Assembly (NCBI RefSeq): GCF_006345805.1
Contig: NW_021829928.1
Span: forward strand, 1 to 33,499
Direction: 5' to 3'
Origin: Octopus sinensis
Taxonomy: Eukaryota
DNA length: 33,499 nt
Below are positions 22,692 to 33,499 of the stretch, piece by piece. Each line of letters starts with the position of its first letter. The first letter of the stretch is position 1. The position numbers were made by a program, and so were the translations under genes. Below the pieces are notes generated by a model, which made no database searches, was not told where the DNA came from, and saw only the letters and a list, made by a program, of their open reading frames with translations.

Positions 22692-23209
22692 CTCTGCAGC
22701 TAAAACTAACAAAACTCCAAGATTCTCACACAATTCCTCTTTCTGTAATTGTTTTCTTCAACAAAATGGTCTGGAAATGTCCTTTCTTCTTGTTTCTATA
22801 TTTTATTCCTAACAAATGTTACAACTGCCATATTTTTATCAAATATAAGCTTTGCTGATATCTTCAGATGTTGCAAATGTCTTTTTAAATTTATCCAAGT
22901 TTATTCAGAATTCAAATTTAGGTTGTACTCATTTCAGAGTGAATCCAAGAAATTTCACCAATAATGTCACTCAGAAGAAATATTTTACTGTAATTCACAG
23001 TTAATTTACATAAACAGGGTTCTTATATCCAGTTCTGTGTAACATCATCTTCAAAATATGATAAATATTGATGACGCTTCTGCAGTAAAATTCCTCTCAT
23101 GCCAATGTCCTCTGATATTCTGAAATAATAGAGAAACAACAGTTTAAGACAGAGTGTAGCTTTGGTTATGACAAAGGCTTGGTGTTCATTTATATACAAC
23201 ATTTATTGC

Positions 23210-23573
23210 CACTGTTGTATTTAGGAATGGTCATTTTGCCAGTTTAGCCAATAAAAACACACACACTATATATTTGGTGTTACTTTGCTTCAGTGTTATT
23301 TATTTTTTACATTAATCTTAATCTTATTTTGGCCAGAGTTCTTTCGTCACACTCATCAGCTGACGGTTAGTAAGGAGAGACACACAAATAAGAAAGAAGA
23401 AAGCAAAGGACCACTGATGCGGTCACAGGAGTGTGACGAAAGAACTCTGGCCGAAAAAAGATTAGGATTAATGTAAAAAATAAATAACGTTGAAGCAAAG
23501 TAACACCAAATATATAGTGCGTGTGTTTTTATTGGCTAAACTGGCAAAATGACCATTGCGAAATACAACAATG
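23210..23573. repeat. ~145-bp inverted repeat (23210-23354 / 23429-23573) with a minimal hammerhead-like core (family E)
   Basis: Arms are reverse complements. Minus strand at 23330-23364 reads GTCAG-CTGATGA-GTGTGAC-GAAA-GAACT-CTGGC. Confidence 0.8.
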
Positions 23574-23904
23574 TCTGTTTCAACACACAATTTCACATCA
23601 AAAATCTGGCAAAAGGCTTCAGAAAATACAGACTCAATCTTATATGAACATTGTATTTGAGAGAGGTAGAAGGCCTTCAACAGATAACATTGTATAACAA
23701 GATTTTGGGCCTTTGGTAGCAATTGTTATTTCCTACATGCTTACCCCTAGAAAGTGGAGGCGCAATGGCCCAGTGGAGTCAACAGATGATCAAGCAGCTT
23801 TGTATCACCTTGAAAAGAGTCTAAAAACGGCCAGAGTTGGAAGAATCTCTCAATCATTTCGTAAGTACTGGACCAACAGGATTTATTTCTTTGTATAAGG
23901 TTTG

Positions 23905-24499
23905 TTTGTTCCTTCTCGAGCCATGCCTGGCTCATAAGGGCCGGTTTCCCAGCTTCCTTGGCGAATAGGTTCCCCACCTGGACGGGACACCGGTCCGTCG
24001 CAGGTGAGCGGGTGAGAGAAAGATGTGGCGAAAGAGTGAGTAGAAGTTTCACCATTACCTTCTGCTGGAGCCGCGTGGAGCTTAGGTGTTTCGCTCATAA
24101 ATACACACATCGCCCAGACTGATATTTGAACCCATGATCCCTCGACCGCGAGTCCACTACTCTAACCATGTGCCTCCACATATATATTTATATATATTCT
24201 TTGTCCCTTCTCGAGCCATGCCTGGCTCATAAGGGCCGTTTTCCCAGTTTCCTTGGCGTATAGGTTCCCCACCTGGACGGGACGCCGGTTCGTCGCAGGT
24301 GAGCTGCAAGATGCAGGAGGAAAAAGTGAGAGAAAGTTGTGGCAAAAGAGTCAGCAGAAGTTCTCCATTACCTTCTGCCTGAGCCGCGTGGAGCTTAGGT
24401 GTTTCGCTCATAAACACACACATCGGCCAGTCTGAGATTTGAACCAGCGATCCCTCAACTGCAAGTCTGCTGCTCTAACCACCAGGCCATGTGCCTCCA
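23905..24499 (-). mobile_element. Two tandem SINE family 3-related copies (23905-24178, 24199-24499)
   Basis: Direct repeats ending in TGTGCCTCCAC (reverse complement of the GTGGAGGC head) with B-box GGTTCAAAT. Confidence 0.8.
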
Positions 24500-24706
24500 C
24501 TTTTGTATAAGGTGTAAAGGTGTTTTTGCCCCAAAGTTTACCCACAATTTTAATGATTTTAGCTTGTCCATCAATATATTAATTTTATCAAGCAGAACTT
24601 TCTGCCTGTCGAGATGAGCAGAAACAGCTAGATTGAATTAATGAGAGGCACATCCAATCAATGTTATTGATTGGTTGAAATTGCCGAAAATTAACAAATT
24701 AAACGA

Positions 24707-25147
24707 CAAATATCTTACAAATTATAGAATTTTCTCAATAAAGCCAAGAGAAAAAGATGTTTTATAAACACATTCTACCAGTATACGAAGTTTAAAAGTG
24801 TTTAGTTACGTGGAAATTATTTTAAAAAACTGCCGGTCAAACGGAAAAGATCCCAAATATCTTACAAACTATAGAATTTTCTCAATAAAGCCAAGAGAAA
24901 AAGATGTTTTATAAACACATTCTACCAGTATACGAAGTTTAAAAGTGTTTAGTTACGTGGAAATTATTTTAAAAAACTGCCGGTCAAACCGAAAAGATCC
25001 CAAATATCTTACAAACTATAGAATTTTCTCAATAAAGCCAAGAGAAAAAGATGTTTTATAAACACATTCTACCAGTATAGGAAGTTTAAAAGTGTTTAGT
25101 TACGTGGAAATTATTTTAAAAAACTGCCGGTCAAACGGAAAAGATCC
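24707..25147. repeat. 3 x 147-bp tandem repeat of a MITE right end
   Basis: Units start at 24707, 24854 and 25001; each ends in GAAAAGATCC. Confidence 0.95.
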
Positions 25148-25314
25148 AGACATGTATTCCCTTACGGCTGATGTAGTTTAACTCTCTTTTTTTTCAAGGC
25201 TTGAGCACCAATTGAAGAATTCAAATTTGATGGCAAAGAATCCAAATTAAATTGAAAACGTCTGTGGCTGTGTGGTAAGTAGCTTGTTTACCAACAACAT
25301 GGTTCGGGTTCAGT

Positions 25315-25620
25315 CTCTTGGTTTTATTGAGAAAATTCTAGAGTTTGTAAGATATTTGTTGTTTTTTCTTCAATTTCTGCAATTTCAACCAATCAATGAC
25401 GTCTATTGAGGTGAAACCATTCTGTGCCGTATGAATATGTCCCTCGTTTAAGAAACAGATTGGGTTTATTTACATTTCTAAAGAAAAAAAGATGCCCTTT
25501 CCCCCAACCCTAACCCTAAATTAGATTGAAATGCAATAGATCGATACTAGGGTCATAATTATGGGTGACAATTTCATATGACACTGCTAGAAAACACTGT
25601 CGTTCAAACCGAAAAGATCC
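25315..25620 (-). mobile_element. GGATCTTTTCGG-family MITE, left half, inverted
   Basis: Reverse complement of 27386-27572 and 19269-19465; ends AAACCGAAAAGATCC. Confidence 0.8.
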
Positions 25621-25964
25621 AACAGATTAAATAAGAACAACACACAGTACCTGTTTTTGGTACCCCCATCATACTCTTAAAACATCGTTTTACGTTCTTC
25701 TAAAAACTTTCAACCGAATTTTTATGAACATTTGTTATAGGATAGGTAGTCGTTTTAGGATCGACTAGTCACGACTAGCTTGTGCGAGTGCGCGCACCGG
25801 GACCACTCTTCTTAAATAGTACCAACATCTTAGTTATTCCAATTTTTAATTCGCATTTACATTGTGTGAGACCCTTCGTGTATGGATTAAAACAATTATT
25901 TTCCTCCTTCAGTTTCTTTCCGATAATTTACTGAACACACACACAAAAAATTCAAGTGAATAAT

Positions 25965-26169
25965 ACTCTCTCTTTACTCTTTTACTTGTTCCAGTCATTT
26001 GACTGCGGCCACGCTGGAGCACAGCCTTTAATCGAGCAACTCGACCCCGGACTTATTCTTTTGTAAGCCCAGTACTTATTCTATCGGTCACTTTTGCCGA
26101 ACCGCTAGGTAACGGGGACATAAACACACCAGCAATTCTCAAGCAATGTTAGGAGGACAAACACACACG

Positions 26170-26201
<32 letters not shown>

Positions 26202-26583
26202 TACGACGGGCTTCTTTTCAGTTTCCGTCTACCAAATCCACTGACAAGGCTATAGTAGCAGACACTTGCTCAAGGTGCCACGCAGTGGGACTGAACCCGA
26301 AACCATGTGGTTTTGGTGGGGACAAACAGACACACAAACACATATATATACACCAGCATCGGTTGTCAAGCAATGCTAGAGGACAAACACAGTCACACAC
26401 ATATATATATACACATCTATACGACAGGCTTCTTTCAGTTTCCGTCTACCAAATCCACTCACAAGGATTTGGTTGGCTCGAGGCTATAGTAGAAGACACT
26501 TGCCCAAGGTGCCACGCAGTGGGACTGAACCCGGAACCATGTGGTTGGTAAGCAAGCTACTTACCACACAGCCACTCCTGCGC
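25965..26583 (-). mobile_element. SINE family 2 with duplicated head
   Basis: Reverse complement of the 29874-30812 type. Confidence 0.8.
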
Positions 26584-26795
26584 AATACTGACACATTAAT
26601 GATAAATCTAGAGAGAGATGCCCAGCCAAGGTAGACAATGACAGAATAAATATAACACTTACGTATTATATAATAGACCCAGTGTGGAGGAGGAAGATAT
26701 CACAATAAATCCAAGGTGGACAATGACAGTAAGCAGGTAACATAGAGATCCAGCAAGGAACAAGTCGCAGTACGTTCAAGCAAGTCAGAAATTAA

Positions 26796-26943
26796 ACCGA
26801 GGTCGACTTTGCCTTTCATCCTTTCGGGGTCGATTAAATAAGTACCAGTTACGCACTGGGGTCGATGTAATCGACTTAATCCGTTTGTCTGTCCTTGTTT
26901 GTCCCCTCTGTGTTTAGCCCCTGGTGGGTAGTAAAGAAATAGG
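26796..26943 (+). mobile_element. SINE family 1, 5'-truncated
   Basis: Core and tail as at 517-750. Confidence 0.8.
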
Positions 26944-27385
26944 TATATAGGATCCGGCAACGAAGTCGCAGAACGTTGAGGCAGTCAGAACTTTAGCCAA
27001 GGAAGCGAATGATGGCTTCGTAAGAAATTCTAGGTTTTACCATGAATGCTGATTTATATTTTTAAGATCAACGTAGTAAAGAATGCAGGAGATAAATGAT
27101 TGATATTGTTAATTAGCAATCACGTCCATTAAATTAAATGTTGGCTAATTATCTGTTAAACGAACGAGACATGTAATAATGTAGGCGAGGGTCCATCAAC
27201 GGCAGGGAATGAAAAATATTGCGGGAAAACGTACAATGGGGAAGTAACTCTGCATTTAGAGAATTCTTTAATTCACACCTGGGGTTATTTCGAACTCAGT
27301 TAAAATATCAGTTACACGTGGTAGTCCTGGGACTTTTTGGGGGTTTTTTTTGGTATTGCCCACAAGGGGCTAAATATAGAGGTTC

Positions 27386-27572
27386 GGATCTTTTCGGTTT
27401 GAACGGCAGTTTTTTTCTAGCGGTGTCATATGAAATTGTCACCCACAATTATGACCCTAGTATCGATCTATTGCATTTCAATCTGTTTTAGGGTTAGGGG
27501 TGGGGAGAAGGGTATCTTTTTTTTCTTCAGAAATGTAAATAAACCCAATCTGTTTCTTAAACGAGGGACATA
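27386..27572 (+). mobile_element. GGATCTTTTCGG-family MITE, left half
   Basis: TIR GGATCTTTTCGGTTTGAACGGCAG; matches 19269-19458. Confidence 0.8.
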
Positions 27573-27811
27573 TGTATATATACATATACATATATATATA
27601 TATACATATACATATATATATACATGTACATATACACACACACACACACACATATATGTATACATATACACATATATATACATGTACATATATATACTCA
27701 CATATATATATATACACACACACATATACATATATATATATATATACATATACACATATAATATACATGTACATATATATACATATATATATACACACAC
27801 ATATATATATA

Positions 27812-27846
<35 letters not shown>

Positions 27847-27876
27847 TATACATTTATATATATATATACATATATG

Positions 27877-27946
<70 letters not shown>

Positions 27947-28090
27947 GTACATATATGTATACATATACTTACATATATATGTACATACAGATATATGTAT
28001 ACATGTATATATATACATAATTATATATATATATACATACATATATATATATACATACATATATATGTATACATGTATATATATACATAT

Positions 28091-28136
<46 letters not shown>

Positions 28137-28204
28137 CATATATGTATACATGTATATATATACATATATTTTATATATATATATATTATATATATATATA
28201 TATA
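27570..28204. repeat. Compound (TA)n/(CA)n/(TACA)n microsatellite
   Basis: About 630 bp of alternating purine-pyrimidine sequence; similar tracts at 28420-28523 and 28834-29107. Confidence 0.97.
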
Positions 28205-28417
28205 GTTATCCGTAATAATGAAGGGTGAAATTAATTAATTTGGAATAATTATCAATTACACCAACTCTCTTACCTGTTTGTGTCTGCCTTCCAATTGCTG
28301 TTTTTACTGAGATCTCCCTTTTTAGTAGAAGAAATAGCTATAACTCTTTGACTGCTATTTCTAAATTCGGTATGTGGTAAGGCAATTCGTTGCTAAACCC
28401 TTTATTGCTTAGTATTA

Positions 28418-28475
<58 letters not shown>

Positions 28476-28523
28476 CATATATATGTATACATGTATATAT
28501 ATACATATATTATATATATATAT

Positions 28524-28828
28524 AAAGGGTAAGGGTAAAGACCCCTTCGGTCACGAATGACCATGGGATTGCACCTAGAAAGTTACCCTCCTAGACACAA
28601 GTCCGGTCAAGGTTGTTTATGGAAGGCCAGCAGTCGCCCATGCATACCAGCCTCCCCTCTCCACGCCACCAGTGTTATCCAAAGGAAAGACAAAGGTCGA
28701 TACAGTTTGGCACCCCTGACGTCGCAACTCATTTCTACAGCTGAGTGAACTGGAGCAACGTGAAATAAAGTGTCTTGCTCGAGAACACAACACGCAGCCC
28801 GGCCCGGGATTCGAGCTCACAACCTCAC
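28524..28828 (-). mobile_element. Additional tRNA-like SINE (family 4)
   Basis: Minus strand has a B-box-like GAGCTCGAATCCC, a GCAAGACACTTTATTTCAC core and a (TTACCC)n tail. Confidence 0.6.
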
Positions 28829-29043
28829 AACCTCATATATATATATATATATACATACATATATATGTATACATGTATATATATACATATATTATATATA
28901 TATATATTATATATATATATAATATATACATACATATATATGTATACATGTATATATATACATATATTATATATACATATATTATATATATATAGATATA
29001 TATATATATATATATATATAGATATATATATATATATATATAC

Positions 29044-29096
<53 letters not shown>

Positions 29097-29107
29097 TATA
29101 TATATAT

Positions 29108-29313
29108 GGCCGTTTGCCAGCCTTGTCTGGCATGTAAAAAGCACCCACTACACTCATGGAGTGGTTGGCGTTAGGAAGGGCATCCAGCCATAGAAACATT
29201 GCCAAATCAGACTGGGCCTGGTGCAGCCTTCTGGCTTCCCAGACCCCAGTTGCACCATCCAACCCATGCTAGCATGGAAAGCGGACGCTAAATGATGATG
29301 ATGAAGATGATGA
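29108..29313 (+). mobile_element. Retroposon 3' end with (GAT)n tail (RTE-type LINE/SINE tail)
   Basis: TGGCGTTAGGAAGGGCATCCAGC...GACGCTAAATGATGATGATG; antisense copy at 33046-33300. Confidence 0.7.
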
Positions 29314-29873
29314 TATATATATATATATATATGTAATAAATGTATATCTGAACCACACTGTTCCAACATGGCCTGGCAGAGGTGTTCAGGTTTTTTACTT
29401 TTACCCAGGAGCAGATAGGTCAATTACATCAGACACCATTGTTCAATTAGTAATTATTTCATTGATCCCCGAAAGATGGAAGGCAAAGTCGACCTTGGCA
29501 GGATATGAACCCAGAATGTAAAGACAGATGAAATTCTGATATTTGATGAGATATCCGACCTCTGCGAATTTCTTAAGATCCTCCCACCCTCCACACAAAC
29601 GCACGCAAACACATATTTTCTACATTGTGGTTTTGAGACTTTTTTAATACTGATTAGAGATCAATAACTGTTTTATGTTGTCGAGTAAATCAGAATTTGT
29701 TGTCTGAAGACATAGAAATAAAATCGAACAAAATATTCAGCAAAAACAAAATCCTGGTGTCTGAAATCGAATGAGATATTTCTGTTTCTGAAAGTGAAAG
29801 TAATTCAGACAATAACTCAGTGACAAAGAAAACGAACTTGTATCTGACTGTAACAAATGTTTGAATACTGTTT

Positions 29874-30812
29874 AGGAGCGGCTGAGTGGTAAGTAGCTTG
29901 GTTACCAACCACATGGTTCCGGGTTCAGTCCTACTGCATGGCACCTTGGGCAAGTGTCTTCTACTATAGCCTCGGGACGACCAAAGCCTTGTGAGTGGAT
30001 TTGGTAGACGGAAACTGAAAGAAGCCCATCGTATGTATATATATATATAGGTGTAGGAGCGGCTGTGTGGTAAGTAGCTTGGTTACCAACCACATGGTTC
30101 CGGGTTCAGTCCTACTGCATGGCACCTTGGGCAAGTGTCTTCTACTATAGCCTCGGGCCGACCAATGCCTTGTGAATGGATTTGGTAGACGGAAACTGAA
30201 AGAAGCCCATCGTATGTATATATATATATATAGGTGTAGGAGCGGCTGTGTGGTAAGTAGCTTGGTTACCAACCACATGGTTCCGGGTTCAGTCCCACTG
30301 CATGGCACCTTGGGCAAGTGTCTTCTACTATAGCCTCGGGACGACCAAAGCCTTGTGAGTGGATTTGGTAGACGGAAACTGAAAGAAGAACATCGTATGT
30401 ATATATATATATAGGTGTAGGAGCGGCTGTGTGGTAAGTAGCTTGGTTACCAACCACATGGTTCCGGGTTCAGTCCCACTGCATGGCACCTTGGGCAAGT
30501 GTCTTCTACTATAGCCTCGGGACGACCAAAGCCTTGTGTGTGCATTTGGTAGACGGAAACTGAAAGAAGCCTGTTGTATATATGTATATATATATATATG
30601 TATTGTGTGTTTGTGTTTGTCCCCCTAGCATTGCTTGACAACCGATGCTGGTGTGTTTATGTCCCCGTGACTTAGCGGTTCGGTAAAAGGGGACCAATAG
30701 AATAAGTACTGGGCTTACAAAGAATAAGTCCCAGGGTCGAGTTGCTCGATTAAAGGCAGTGCTCCAGCATGGCCGCAGTCAAATGACTGAAACAAGTAAA
30801 AAGAGAAAAGAG
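29874..30812 (+). mobile_element. SINE family 2 with four tandem 5' heads (~182 bp)
   Basis: AGGAGCGGCTG at 29874, 30055, 30238 and 30419. A-box GGCTGTGTGGT, B-box GGTTCAGTCC; a single 3' half. Confidence 0.85.
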
Positions 30813-31560
30813 ATTGGACCTAGTCACAGTGATTTCCAGGAGACAAAACCATTTGACCTTCTTTTATTTTTCCCTCCTAGTTTGTTGGAAGCAATTACTG
30901 TGCAGAACCATTGCTACACAGAATATAAGCAATGTGGTAGAAAGGACCATTTCTGGCCACCCACATGCTTAGATGAAATCCAAGCATTTTCTGCTATAAA
31001 TATATTAATGAGAATAAGCAAGTTACCCAGAATAGCAAACGATTGGAGCAGCGAAGAAGCTTTTAGTGACTTTCATGTTTCCAGTATCATGATAGAGACA
31101 GGATTTTTAAAACTGTCACAATACCTACACTGAAGACACTAGTAGTGGGCCAGTAGGTGGAGAACCAAACTGGTCCCTTATTTAAAATAAGACCTTCATC
31201 ATAATGCTTATAAATGAGTCTCTAACCATAAGATACTTTTATCTTGTTTCACTTTCATTTTCAAAGAGTACTCATTTGTTTTTGTTTATATGTTAATATA
31301 ATAGTTTTAGCCATTTTCTATACTTTTTATGACTTTAGATGTGTTCTTAAGCAATACTATTACCAAAAACCATATTCTGATATACCCTCATAAATGCCTA
31401 GCCATTTATGAGGGTAGGGTGAGGTACAAAGACAGAGTATGTTTCCCACAGTACATGCTTGGCAAAATAGCAAATGGCTGATCAAAGTTTGGAAGATCTG
31501 TGAAGTCAATTCCTAAATAGGGAAAATTGTGGGTTCAATTCCTAAACAGGGAAAAGGGGA
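30810..31560 (+). pseudogene. piggyBac (PGBD-like) transposase remnant, N-terminal/catalytic region
   Basis: PFDLLLFF...WPPTCLDEIQAF...LM.I.KLP...WS...QYLH, then PLFKIRP, then YPHKCLAIYEG.V.YKDR..FPQYM.GK/KWLIKVWKICE. Contains stops and frameshifts. Confidence 0.85.
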
Positions 31561-32873
31561 CACTACTGTAAGCTAAATGGCCCTTAAAACATGCACCAAT
31601 TTTGTTTCTTTACTTGTATAATCACAATCGTACGATTATGCAAAGAAAAATATTCCTAAAAATATAGAAGTTACGAGAAGTTATATGCTGAGTTTAAAGC
31701 AAACTTTTGCCATATTTTCTCTGCAAAACTACTTAAAAATGTCTTCCAATGGCTTTATGATAAAATATTAACCCACTGGTGGGGTAGTTCTGTATTTTTT
31801 CGTGATTAATGCAGTGGGGTATGGAGAACCCCATTAATAGTTTTAGCCATTTTTTTTAGTACTTTTTATGACTTTAGATGTGTTCCTAAGCAATAATATT
31901 ACCAAAAACTGTATTCTAGAAGCAATGTTATAAATCCTAATTCATTCCCAGAAAAATATTTTACCTCTAAAATTTATAAAACTTGTAAATAAATGACATC
32001 ACAGTGTCTCGGTAGAGATAGTGTTAGTTGAAGGCTGCAAAACCTGCTACACACACAGACAACTTCAGCTTTATATATATAGGTATATCGTGCAATGCCA
32101 CTCCCTGTAAGAAGCAGTTCTGCTAGTTCATGTAAAAAGCACACATGCTGATCCATGTGGTTATTCAACTTACTCCTTCCCCTGAGATTGCTGGCCTTGT
32201 GCCAAAATAATGTCAGATACAATAATGCCTTGATATATGAGTTAATTTCTTCCTGGAGATTGCTCCTAAAGTGAAAACTCATAAAGCAAAGCAATAATTT
32301 CCCATAGAAGCAATGTTATAAATTGTAATTCATTGCTAGAAAAATATTTTACCAATAAAATTTATAATACTTGTAAATAAATGACAATAAAACAACAGTA
32401 GAATGTAAAGAATATTTTATGTAAAGTCAAAAACAATGTCAAGATCATTTAGAATAGACAAAAAATATATAATTGTTTTCTGAATCACTCTGAAAAGACT
32501 CAGGGACACCATCATTTGTAGACGTGACAACTGATTCACAAGCAAAGAAACTTGCAAAGTTCTCTGCAAAACTATTTTAAAATGTCTTCCAATGGCTTTA
32601 TGATGAACCATCTTAACCCACTGGTGGGGTAGTTCTGTATTTTTCATCATTGGTGTGGTTGGGGTATGGAGAGTCCCATTAATAGTTTTAGCTTATTTTT
32701 TAATATTTTCTATGATTTTGATGTGTTCCTAAGCAATAATATTACCAAAAACCATATTCCGATATAATGTGTTTAACATGTAAACAAAAACAAGCGAGTA
32801 CTCTTTGAAAATGAAAGTGAAACTAGATAAAAGTATCTTACGGAGGGGAGAGTGGTCCTTTCATATTCACTGT

Positions 32874-33499
32874 TTACTCATTGTTTGCACTCTCATCCTC
32901 ATCACTCTGAGCAAAGCAGTCGATGCAGATGTGCATCGCATGTTGCAAGCAGATTGGCTTGGAGAACTTTTGGAAGCAATTTCTTGTTTTGTGATCTTTT
33001 GACCTGGGGCATAATGACCATCTTTGTATGAAATCTTCATGATAACATCATCATCATCATCGTTTAGCATCCGCTTTCCATGCTAGCATGGGTTGGACGG
33101 TTCAACTGGGGTCTGGGAAGCCAGAAGGCTGCGCCAGAAGGCTGTGCCAGGCCCAGTCTGATCTGGCAGTGTTTCTATGGCTGGATGCCCTTCCTAACGA
33201 CAACCACTCCATGAGTGTAGTGGGTGCTTTTTACGTGTCACCGGCACAGGTGCCAGGGGCGGCTGGTAACGGCCACGATCGGATGGTGCTTTTTACATGC
33301 CATCTTGGAGGTAATTCTTTAGATGCTGAGAAATGTTGAATCTTATTTTCCATGTCTTTCCTCAAATATGGATGGGTTTTGTCTTGCAATGATGAATTTG
33401 GTCCTCCACCAACTTCAGTCCCGATTCCCTCAGAAACTTTCAGACCCTGATAGCTGTTTGAGGGTTTGCCATGAACATATTGTATACATTTATTCCTGC
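32874..33499 (-). pseudogene. piggyBac transposase C-terminal remnant including the cysteine-rich domain, split by a retroposon
   Basis: 33499-33300 gives AGINVYNMF...KFLRESGLKLV. 33026-32874 gives LCPRSKDHKTRNCFQKFSKPICLQHAMHICIDCF...stop. Confidence 0.75.
33046..33300 (-). mobile_element. Retroposon 3' end with (GAT)n tail
   Basis: Reverse complement of 29108-29313. Confidence 0.7.

Noticed and set aside
20744-25147. CRISPR-like periodicity (84-bp and 147-bp repeats)
   Set aside because: Eukaryotic context; the 84-bp period is zinc-finger coding and the 147-bp units have no unique spacers.
27430-29262. Long Y/I/T/H-rich ORFs (also 1503-1787, 2342-2554, 16389-16776)
   Set aside because: Translations of (TA)n/(CA)n microsatellites, which lack stop codons by composition.
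31768-31790. TTAA-CCC as a piggyBac terminus (also 32613)
   Set aside because: Both copies share homologous sequence on both sides of the TTAA and no matching opposite TIR was found.

Overview
AT-rich, repeat-dense eukaryotic DNA, most likely a coleoid cephalopod (Octopus-like). That assignment is inferred from the CDICGKSF-type C2H2 arrays, the tRNA-SINE families and the long (TA)n tracts. Coding content: four intact replication-dependent core histone genes in two divergent pairs (H3/H4 at 9.0-10.0 kb; H2B/H2A at 14.0-15.1 kb; no H1 seen), and two tandemly duplicated C2H2 zinc-finger paralogs (7 fingers versus about 23 units, the latter frameshifted). There are also decayed piggyBac, RTE and other LINE fragments. 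The rest is SINEs, MITE/foldback elements with GG...CC ends and 8-9 bp target duplications, and microsatellites. The most striking signal, absent from the ORF track, is a concentration of type I hammerhead ribozyme motifs from several unrelated repeat families. One sits in a ~354-bp, terminally redundant, structured non-coding monomer that resembles a non-LTR retrozyme (3082-4132). Five others occur as inverted fold-back pairs with 3' ends pointing outward, resembling Penelope-like pseudo-LTR remnants. All alignments and folds were done by eye, and repeat boundaries are approximate.
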